A DNA stretch of 64,000 nt. It comes from Bacteroidales bacterium. GTDB taxonomy: Bacteria > Bacteroidota > Bacteroidia > Bacteroidales > B39-G9. Positions 8,487 through 16,181 of this stretch are shown here, piece after piece. Every line of letters begins with the position of its first letter. Positions within the stretch are counted from its first letter, which is position 1. The DNA is taken from the NCBI GenBank assembly GCA_023133485.1, contig JAGLWK010000168.1, positions 687 through 64,686 of the forward strand, read 5' to 3'. The position numbers and the translations under genes are program-made. Under the pieces are notes generated by a model. The model had not been told where the DNA came from and ran no database searches. It saw nothing but the letters and a program-made list of their open reading frames with translations.

Positions 8487-8870
8487 TAATTAGTGCCTTG
8501 AGTTTAAAATGCCTAAAGTACTTAAAGTTTCTTGAGTTTTAGTTTCATACTAATAGAAATATAAATAGCAATGATTTCGTTCGCTTTAGTTATAATTAAC
8601 TTAATATTTTTGGATGTACGACAACTTTCCCTTTTAGTGGCATTTTGTGTTTTTGTGTTTTGGTGGCAAGAGTTATTTAGCCACAAAGACACCAAAGCAC
8701 CAAAACCACACCAAATTAAAAGTACAAGAAAATCATTTTTTTAACAAAGAGTGAAATTTGTTGTACACCCATATTTTTTGCATCAATCTGGTTAATTAAC
8801 TTTAGGCACTCATAACTTCAGTTCACTTTTAATGCTGAGCATAGCCGAAGTATAAGTACTAAATTAGTAT
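8487..8870. repeat. Large imperfect nested palindrome filling an intergenic region
   Basis: Outer arms are gtgccttgag..gcctaaagtacttaaag (about 8492-8527) against ctttaggcactc...gtataagtac (about 8801-8859). Middle arms are ggatgtacgacaa (8611-8623) against ttgttgtacaccc (8758-8770). The centre is gtgttttggtggc..gccacaaagacaccaaagcaccaaaaccacac (about 8655-8710). The outer-arm motif recurs around 61057-61100 and 61420-61478. Confidence 0.6.
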
Positions 8871-8893
8871 AAAAATACATTTTTATACTCAAA

Positions 8894-8920
8894 TAAAAAA
8901 AGCCAAACATAAAGTTTGGC
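8894..8920 (-). terminator. Rho-independent terminator for ORF 8951-9310
   Basis: The minus strand reads gccaaac-ttta-tgtttggc followed by ttttttt. It lies 30 bp downstream of the stop codon. Confidence 0.75.
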
Positions 8921-8950
8921 TGAATAATAATAATATTTTTTAAATTTTAT

Positions 8951-9310
8951 TTATTGATTAACTGATTTTAACCGAATTTCAATATTCACAGGGTTTTCTG
9001 TATCTAAAAAAATTTCTTCTGAATCAGAAACATAAGAAATTAATGAAGTAGATAATTTATAGTTGCCTGATTTTAATCCATTAATTTTAAAATTACCGTC
9101 AAAGTCAGTATATGTAACAAAAGAATTTCCTAAAATCTGCACTTTAACACCTGTCAATACTTCACCAGTAGTTTCATCCACTATTTTTCCATTCAGTTCA
9201 AGTGTAGTATTTATTACTGCATTTTTTTTCTTTTCTTTATTATTTTCAGCAAAAATATTTACACTAAATATTAATATCAACCCTATAAATAAAATTTTTG
9301 TTTTCATCAT
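8951..9310 (-). CDS. Secreted CarboxypepD_reg-like domain protein
   Basis: Signal peptide, then NGKIVDETTGEVLTGVKVQILGNSFVTYTDFDGNFKINGLKSGNYKLSTSLISY, the same fold signature as the N-terminus of the TonB-dependent receptor. Confidence 0.7.
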   Translation of the reverse strand: MMKTKILFIGLILIFSVNIFAENNKEKKKNAVINTTLELNGKIVDETTGEVLTGVKVQILGNSFVTYTDFDGNFKINGLKSGNYKLSTSLISYVSDSEEIFLDTENPVNIEIRLKSVNQ

Positions 9311-9438
9311 AAAATGTTTTAATTGTTAATACAAAAATATTTAATAGTAAATTGAAACATGTTAACTTATTGTAAAATAATTATTAAATATAAATCCATT
9401 CTTAACATTAACTTAACATTAAAAATGTATCGTTTACT

Positions 9439-9446
9439 TACTTTTG
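9439..9446 (+). promoter_or_regulatory. Candidate Bacteroidota -7 promoter box (TAnnTTTG)
   Basis: TACTTTTG ends 17 nt upstream of the ATG at 9463. I did not see a clear -33 TTTG. Confidence 0.35.
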
Positions 9447-9462
9447 CCCAAAATATTAAGTT

Positions 9463-11724
9463 ATGGAAAACATATTTATAATAATAGTAGGTATTTTATT
9501 TTTACTGGCAATATCTGACCTTGTTGTTGGAGTAAGTAATGATGCAGTAAATTTTTTAAATTCAGCAATTGGAGCTAAAGCTGCTCCTTTTTGGATTATA
9601 ATGATAGTTGCAAGTCTGGGAATTGTATTTGGAGCAACATTCTCAGATGGTATGATGGAAGTTGCACGAAAAGGAATATTTCATCCTGAACATTTTTACC
9701 TTTCCGAAATAATGATAATATTTCTTGCAGTAATGATTACTGATGTTATATTATTAGATATGTTCAATACTTTTGGACTTCCCACATCAACAACAGTTTC
9801 AATAGTTTTTGAACTGCTCGGTGCAGCAGTTGCTATTTCAATTATTAAAATAAATAAGCTTGGACTTGATTTAAGCGAAATAGGTACTTATATTAATTCG
9901 GCAAAAGCTCTGGCAATAACTTCGGGGATTTTACTGTCAGTAGTTGTGGCATTTGTATTTGGTGCTGTAATACAGTTTATTACAAGATTGGTGTTTTCTT
10001 TTGATTATCAAAAAACAATTAAATATTTTGGTGCTATTTGGGGCGGAGTTGCAGTTACAGCAATAACATATTTCCTTATAATTAAAGGAGCAAAAGGCTC
10101 ATCATTAATATCAGGCGAAACTCTTATATGGATCAAAGCTAACTCATTTTATATTATATTATTAAGTTTTATTGGTTGGACAGTTATTCTACAAGCATTG
10201 TTCTGGATATTCAGGTTAGATATATTAAAACTAACTGTACTATTGGGGACTTTTGCACTGGCAATGGCATTTGCAGGAAACGACCTTGTAAATTTTATTG
10301 GTGTTCCCTTGGCAGGATTAAAATCTGTTCAGGCATTTATTGCCGACCCTAATGCTACAGATCCTGATAGTTTTGCAATGGTAGCTTTAACAGGTAAAGT
10401 AAAAACCGAAACAATATTATTACTAATTGCAGGTTTTATAATGGTTATAACACTCTGGCTTTCAAGAAAAGCCCGTAGTGTTACAGCAACAACTCTTGAC
10501 TTAAGCCGGCAAGGAGAAGGAAATGAAAGGTTTGGTTCTTCTTTCTTTTCACGTTCAATTGTCCGTTCTGCTATTAATTTTAACCATATTATCAGATATA
10601 TTATTCCAAAAAAAGTACAGGTAAAAATTAACAGAAGATTTGACCAAAAATACTACAAATCTCATTCCGGAGAAGGTGCTTCTCCTGTCTCTTTTGATAT
10701 GTTACGTGCTTCAGTTAATTTAGTTGTTGCAAGTATTATTATTTCATTTGCAACATCCTTAAAGCTCCCTTTATCAACCACATACGTAACTTTTATGGTT
10801 GCTATGGGTTCATCTTTATCTGATGGTGCATGGGGAAGAGAAAGTGCTGTTTATCGTATTACAGGAGTTTTTACGGTTATCGGAGGTTGGTTTTTTACTG
10901 CATTTTCTGCATTTACAGTGGCATTTCTTGTTGCTTATATTATTCATCTTGGCGGAACAATTGCAATATTCCTTTTAGTTATTATTGCAGCCACTTTAAT
11001 TTACAGAACACATATTTTATTCAATAAAAAAGAAGCTGAAAAACAAAAACTTGATACAACATTTGCTGAAGAAATGAAATTAGAAGATGGAAAAATTATT
11101 AATAAATGTCAAAATAATGTACATATTATTTTAGATTCAGTATTAACAAGTTATGATGATATATTAAACGGCATATTTACCGAAAACAGAAAGCTTCTAA
11201 AACATGCTATTAAAGAAATAAATGTCCTTAATAAAAATACAAAAAGATTAAAAGATAATATTTATAATACTATTACAAAATTACAGGAAGATTCGGTTGA
11301 ATCAGGACATTATTATGTACAGGTATTAGATTATTTACGAGAAATTGTTCATTGTATTAGTTTTATTTCAAGGCCTGTATATGAACATGTTGAAAATAAT
11401 CATAAGGGTTTACTAAAAGCTCAAATTAAAGAGCTAAAAGATTTAAAAGAAAAAGTTACAAATATTATTTTACAGATACAGGAAATAAATAAAACACACG
11501 ATTTTTCAAAAATTGATACAGTAATTAATAATGAGGTTGAATTTATTGAAACAGTGAATTTCTACAGGAAAAAACAGATAAAAAGAATTAAAAAAGAAGT
11601 AGCAGGTACAAAAAACAGTCTGCTTTATTTGAGTATTCTGACAGAAACAAAAAACCTGATACTTCATTCAATTAATCTTTTAAAATCATATAGAGATTTT
11701 GTTCTTAACGATGATAAAAAATAA
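9463..11724 (+). CDS. Inorganic phosphate transporter (PiT/PHO4 family) with a long C-terminal cytoplasmic helical extension
   Basis: Two PHO4 signature repeats, GVSNDAVNFLNSAIGAKAA and AFAGNDLVNFIGVPLAG. About 12 hydrophobic helices are followed by a charged, helical tail of about 230 aa. Confidence 0.85.
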   Translation: MENIFIIIVGILFLLAISDLVVGVSNDAVNFLNSAIGAKAAPFWIIMIVASLGIVFGATFSDGMMEVARKGIFHPEHFYLSEIMIIFLAVMITDVILLDMFNTFGLPTSTTVSIVFELLGAAVAISIIKINKLGLDLSEIGTYINSAKALAITSGILLSVVVAFVFGAVIQFITRLVFSFDYQKTIKYFGAIWGGVAVTAITYFLIIKGAKGSSLISGETLIWIKANSFYIILLSFIGWTVILQALFWIFRLDILKLTVLLGTFALAMAFAGNDLVNFIGVPLAGLKSVQAFIADPNATDPDSFAMVALTGKVKTETILLLIAGFIMVITLWLSRKARSVTATTLDLSRQGEGNERFGSSFFSRSIVRSAINFNHIIRYIIPKKVQVKINRRFDQKYYKSHSGEGASPVSFDMLRASVNLVVASIIISFATSLKLPLSTTYVTFMVAMGSSLSDGAWGRESAVYRITGVFTVIGGWFFTAFSAFTVAFLVAYIIHLGGTIAIFLLVIIAATLIYRTHILFNKKEAEKQKLDTTFAEEMKLEDGKIINKCQNNVHIILDSVLTSYDDILNGIFTENRKLLKHAIKEINVLNKNTKRLKDNIYNTITKLQEDSVESGHYYVQVLDYLREIVHCISFISRPVYEHVENNHKGLLKAQIKELKDLKEKVTNIILQIQEINKTHDFSKIDTVINNEVEFIETVNFYRKKQIKRIKKEVAGTKNSLLYLSILTETKNLILHSINLLKSYRDFVLNDDKK

Positions 11725-11793
11725 TATGGTTCTACCACGAATTTAATTGAAATTATTAAACTTAGCGTAGAGATACTCACGAAGTAATAAATA

Positions 11794-11827
11794 AATCACA
11801 ATATACAAATTACAAAATTCAAATAAT
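11794..11827. repeat. Left inverted repeat bracketing the four-helix-bundle gene
   Basis: The reverse complement of aatcacaatatacaaattacaaaattcaaataa closely matches ttatttgaaatttggaatttgtatattgggtat at 12244-12275. Confidence 0.65.
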
Positions 11828-11832
11828 ACTCA

Positions 11833-12198
11833 ATGGCTCAAAATTCAATAAACAAACCTTATGATTTAGAAGAAAGAACCTTTCAATTTGCAAAGGAAGT
11901 TAGACTCTTTATCAAAACTTTAGAAAAAACTATTGCAAATATTGAAGATGCAAAGCAAGTCGTTCGTTCATCAGGTTCTATTGGTTCAAACTATATTGAA
12001 GCTAATGAATCATTGAGTAAAAAAGACTTTATTTATAGAATTAAAATCAGTAGAAAGGAAGCTAAAGAAAGCATTTATTGGCTAAAATTAATTAATGAAA
12101 CAAATCAACTCCCTAATAAAAAATTAGCTGAAAGTTTAATTCAAGAATCTACAGAGCTAAAAAAAATATTTTCTGCAATAGTTGAAAAAACGAAGTAA
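11833..12198 (+). CDS. Four-helix-bundle protein (23S rRNA intervening-sequence protein family)
   Basis: YDLEERTFQFAKEVRLFIKTL...QVVRSSGSIGSNYIEANESLSKKDFIYRIKISRKEAKESIYWLKLI matches the conserved S23-IVS/PF05635 pattern (R.S.SIG.N..EA....S..DF......I..KE..E..YWL.L). Confidence 0.85.
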   Translation: MAQNSINKPYDLEERTFQFAKEVRLFIKTLEKTIANIEDAKQVVRSSGSIGSNYIEANESLSKKDFIYRIKISRKEAKESIYWLKLINETNQLPNKKLAESLIQESTELKKIFSAIVEKTK

Positions 12199-12220
12199 TT
12201 CAAATATTAAAAATGTACTT

Positions 12221-12273
12221 TATTTGAAATTTGTATATTGTTATTTATTTGAAATTTGGAATTTGTATATTGG
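12221..12273. repeat. Right inverted repeat, present as two tandem partial copies, bracketing the four-helix-bundle gene
   Basis: tatttgaaatttgtatattg (12221-12240) and ttatttgaaatttggaatttgtatattgggt (12244-12273) both pair with 11794-11827. Confidence 0.65.
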
Positions 12274-12327
12274 GTATTTTATAATAGATTTCCACTAAAA
12301 TAATAGTAAAACCAATAATATTATAAA

Positions 12328-13329
12328 ATGAAACTATTTTTTGCATTATTACAGTTTTTTTTTATTCCCTTATGTCTGGTTGCCCAGAATGATAACATAA
12401 ATGATTTTAAACCAAGCGGTAAAACATTTGGTAAGATATTCAGTAATTTTCATACAGGTTTATCTGATGCTGATAAAAGTTCTGCTTTCGAAATTACAAG
12501 GGCATATTTTGGTTATTCTTATAATATGTCCAAAGATTTTTCTGCAACCGTAAAACTTGATATTGGTAGTCCGGAAGACGCTTCACCTTATTCATTATTA
12601 AGAAGATATGCATATTTTAAAGTTGCTTCATTAAATTATAATAAAGATGCTCTTTTTGTAAGTTTCGGATTAATTGAACTTCATCATTTTCAAATGCAGG
12701 AAAAATTCTGGGGACATCGTTATATTTATAAATCTTTCCAGGATGAGCACAAATTCGGTTCAAGTGCTGATATCGGACTATGTTTAAAATATCAATTAAC
12801 AGATAATATTTCGTTTGATGGTTCAATAATAAATGGTGAAGGATATAAAAGACTTCAGTCTGATGATACATATAAAGGAACATTTGGTGTAACATTTAAT
12901 CTTGCAAATAATTTATTTACAAGAATTTATTATGATCTAACAATTAAATCAGAAACACAAGCAACATATTCCGGGTTTTTAGGATATAAAATAAAAAAGA
13001 AATATTCCTTAGGAATTGAATATGCCTATAAATACAATAATGATTTTAATTGCGATAATCACAAATATGGTTATTCAATATATGGTGATTATTTTCTGAA
13101 TGATAAACTTGAAATTTTCGGAAGATACGATATGCTTAACTCAAACAAAATTGACAATGAAGATTGTCCATGGAATTTAGAAAAAGATGGTAGTGCTATT
13201 ATTGGTGGAATACAATATTCACCAATAGAAAATGTAAAAATAGCTTTAAATTATCAGGACTGGTATCCATTAGCAAAAAATGAAGATAATTTATCATATA
13301 TTTTTGTAAATGTTGAATTTAGTTTTTAG
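12328..13329 (+). CDS. Outer-membrane beta-barrel porin, possibly phosphate-selective given its PiT neighbour
   Basis: Signal peptide (LCLVAQN), alternating amphipathic beta-strand pattern and a terminal aromatic residue (NVEFSF). The genomic link to the PiT gene is only suggestive. Confidence 0.5.
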   Translation: MKLFFALLQFFFIPLCLVAQNDNINDFKPSGKTFGKIFSNFHTGLSDADKSSAFEITRAYFGYSYNMSKDFSATVKLDIGSPEDASPYSLLRRYAYFKVASLNYNKDALFVSFGLIELHHFQMQEKFWGHRYIYKSFQDEHKFGSSADIGLCLKYQLTDNISFDGSIINGEGYKRLQSDDTYKGTFGVTFNLANNLFTRIYYDLTIKSETQATYSGFLGYKIKKKYSLGIEYAYKYNNDFNCDNHKYGYSIYGDYFLNDKLEIFGRYDMLNSNKIDNEDCPWNLEKDGSAIIGGIQYSPIENVKIALNYQDWYPLAKNEDNLSYIFVNVEFSF

Positions 13330-13361
13330 TTAGCGGCAAGCAAAAGGAACAATCGTAATAA

Positions 13362-14069
13362 ATGAAAAGCACTGAAAAACAATTAGAAAGTCGGGGATAT
13401 TTTTCAAGTGAAATTGAAAGTAAATTTGTAGAAAAATCCTTTGATGAACTTATTGAATTGCTGAACAGTAAATCTGCGGCTGAAAGAACAGTTAGTGCCA
13501 GATTGATTGCAAAAACAAAGAATCCAAAATCAATTTCTTTCTTGTGCTTAGCATTAGAGAAAGAAAATATATTATATACTAAAATCGAGATTTGTAATTC
13601 GCTTGTTTCTTACGGAAAATTAGCTATCCCCGAATTAGTAAAACTATTAGGTAAAATAGGAAACAATCAACATAAGCATATTCCAAAGACAGAATTTAAA
13701 AAAAACAATTATCCATTACCGAGAGATATTATTGCCCGAACAATTATTAGAATAGGCAAAGTTGCATTACCATTATTAACAGAAAATTTAAAGTCAAATG
13801 ATACACAAAAAATTAGCGAAACAATTGATGCAATTGGCTATATTTGTTTTTATGACAAACAAGAAGAAAGAATGTTAAGTTTAATAAATTGCTACGAACA
13901 TAATTCGGAAAATGAATTAATAAAATGGAAAATTATTCGTGCAATGAGTGCATTTACAGAGAGTGAAAAGTTTTTAAAAAAAGAATATGGACTTATTGAA
14001 AACGATAGACTAAAACAAGAAATAAAGAGAAGTGAAAAATTGATAAAACTAAGGAATGCCAGCTGCTAA
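13362..14069 (+). CDS. HEAT/PBS-lyase-like repeat protein
   Basis: All-helical with repeated about 30 aa units (..AAERTVSARLIAKTKNPKSISFLCLALEKE.., ..RDIIARTIIRIGKVALPLLTENLKSND..). Confidence 0.45.
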   Translation: MKSTEKQLESRGYFSSEIESKFVEKSFDELIELLNSKSAAERTVSARLIAKTKNPKSISFLCLALEKENILYTKIEICNSLVSYGKLAIPELVKLLGKIGNNQHKHIPKTEFKKNNYPLPRDIIARTIIRIGKVALPLLTENLKSNDTQKISETIDAIGYICFYDKQEERMLSLINCYEHNSENELIKWKIIRAMSAFTESEKFLKKEYGLIENDRLKQEIKRSEKLIKLRNASC

Positions 14070-14186
14070 TAAAAGCTGTATTTAATGAGAGTTTTAGTGG
14101 TAGATTTGAAAAAATGAAAATAAATAAACAATGTAATCCCGCATTGCTCATAGTTTAAACTGTTAATCTTATAAAATCCTAAGCAT

Positions 14187-15536
14187 ATGAATAAATTCAT
14201 AACAACAATTATCTTTTTAACAATACTACTAACAGTATTTTCATGCAGAAAAAGTGATTACACAACAATAAGCGGAGATTATATTGTTATAACAGACGAT
14301 GGTAATGGAATAGGAACTACTACATGGTCTAAAGATAAAAAGTACTTATTGGATGGTTTTGTTTTTGTGAATGACGGACAAACATTAATAATTGAACCAG
14401 GAACAGTTATTCGGGCAAAAACAGGACAAGGAAGCAATGCAACTGCTTTGATAATTGCAAGAGGAGCAAAAATTATTGCAGAAGGAACACGGGAAAATCC
14501 AATAATTTTTACCGTAGAAGGCGACGATCTTGAAGGTTCTGTACCTGTTATGTCAAAAGGACTTTGTGGCGGAATAATTATTCTTGGAAATGCAAAATTA
14601 AATACTGACGCAAATGAAGCCATGATTGAAGGAATACCATACACTGAACCAAGAGGTGTTTATGGAGGAAATGATGATGAAGACGATTCGGGAATTTTAC
14701 GTTATGTTTCAATCAGGCATGGTGGTACAAATATTGGTGAAGGAAATGAAATTAACGGATTAACACTTGGTGGAGTTGGTAGTAGTACAATTATTGATTA
14801 TGTTGAAATAATATCAAATAAAGATGATGGAATTGAATTTTTTGGCGGAACAGTGAATTGTAAACACATAATTGTTGCTTTTTGTGGTGATGATTGTTTC
14901 GATTTTGACAATGGATACAGAGGATATGGACAATTTTGGCTGGCAATTCAGGATGTAGCAGAAGGCGACCTTATTTCAGAGCATGACGGAGGTTCTGACC
15001 CGATTACCGGAACACCTTATTCTATCCCAGTAATATATAATTCTACATTTATCGGAAGAGGTAATGATATTTTAAATAATTTAATGATATTTAAAGAAAA
15101 TGCAGCAGGAAAATACGCTAATTCTATTTTTATTAACCAAGGGAAAGGCATAGAAATTGAATATAAGGAAAACAGAAAAAACAGTTATGACCAATTCGAA
15201 GATGGTAATTTAGAATTTAGAAATAACATCTTTTATCAAATCGGAAATGATTCGATCAATGAAATTTTTAAAGTGTTTGGTGATGATGGAGTTGATGTAA
15301 GCCAGCAAAATACTATTTTCCGAAATTATGCCCTCTCTGCAAACAATCTGATTACTGACCCAGGAATTGAAATAACAGATAATACCTACCTTATAATTCC
15401 TTCCAATAATAGTTTAGGCAATTTATGCGAATATCCTGATCCATGGTTTGTACAAGTTGACTATAAAGGAGCATTTGGTAATTATAACTGGGCAAATGGA
15501 TGGTCGTTGCTCAGCCAATCCGGGTTTATTGAATAA
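14187..15536 (+). CDS. Predicted lipoprotein with a parallel beta-helix-like core; paralog of 985-2427
   Basis: Lipobox (LLTVFSC). The core aligns with ORF 985. The C-terminal block ...ANNLITDPGIEITDNTYLIIPSNNSLGNLCEYPDPWFVQVDYKGAFGNYNWANGWSLLS sits at the N-terminus in the paralog. Confidence 0.6.
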   Translation: MNKFITTIIFLTILLTVFSCRKSDYTTISGDYIVITDDGNGIGTTTWSKDKKYLLDGFVFVNDGQTLIIEPGTVIRAKTGQGSNATALIIARGAKIIAEGTRENPIIFTVEGDDLEGSVPVMSKGLCGGIIILGNAKLNTDANEAMIEGIPYTEPRGVYGGNDDEDDSGILRYVSIRHGGTNIGEGNEINGLTLGGVGSSTIIDYVEIISNKDDGIEFFGGTVNCKHIIVAFCGDDCFDFDNGYRGYGQFWLAIQDVAEGDLISEHDGGSDPITGTPYSIPVIYNSTFIGRGNDILNNLMIFKENAAGKYANSIFINQGKGIEIEYKENRKNSYDQFEDGNLEFRNNIFYQIGNDSINEIFKVFGDDGVDVSQQNTIFRNYALSANNLITDPGIEITDNTYLIIPSNNSLGNLCEYPDPWFVQVDYKGAFGNYNWANGWSLLSQSGFIE

Positions 15537-15876
15537 ATTTTTTATACCAAATTGCTGGAGTGACTTTTCCATGTCCTTTGGACTATGGAAAGTCGGTATT
15601 AACCTGTTTTATTCATACAAAAACGTGGTGAATTGTATGAATGTGCGATGGCATTCAATAAATTCTTTTACAAAACAAATTTTAGAATTGTGTGACGGAT
15701 AAGTGCTAAGAATTTTTAGTTGCAAACAAAATAAATCAAATAAACCATACAAATAACATTAAAGATAATTATAATTCCTGTATGTTACCTGATAATATTT
15801 GCAACATTAAATTCGGGGTAAAATTCTAAAATGTAGTTTTAGTAAGAATTTATTGTCAGCCTTGATTTTTCTTTGT

Positions 15877-15906
15877 AACTTTCTTTGTATCAAGACAAAG
15901 AAAGTT
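15877..15906. repeat. Perfect 12 bp stem / 6 nt loop hairpin in an intergenic region
   Basis: aactttctttgt-atcaag-acaaagaaagtt. No T-run follows, so I do not call it a terminator. Confidence 0.5.
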
Positions 15907-16181
15907 AAACAAAACTTTTATTATTGTTCCTCGCTTGTTGGCAACCTCTTTGACAGCAGTCAGGTTTATAATGACGCTTAGCTTGAGTGCTTTTTTAATC
16001 ACTGCGAAATATTTTATTCAATTTTCAGACCTTATTAAGACAAACTATAATATATGTACTATAAAGTTTGATATATTTAAAACAAAATCGTATCCTCTCA
16101 ATAAATTGAAATTATTAATAAAAATCAGTATTATCTTAATATTATTTGTAAATTTACTAAATAATATAAAATTATTTCCGT

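Noticed and set aside
9063-9329. 88 aa plus-strand ORF
   Set aside because: It is antisense to the CarboxypepD_reg-domain gene 8951-9310, which has a signal peptide, a recognisable fold signature and its own terminator.
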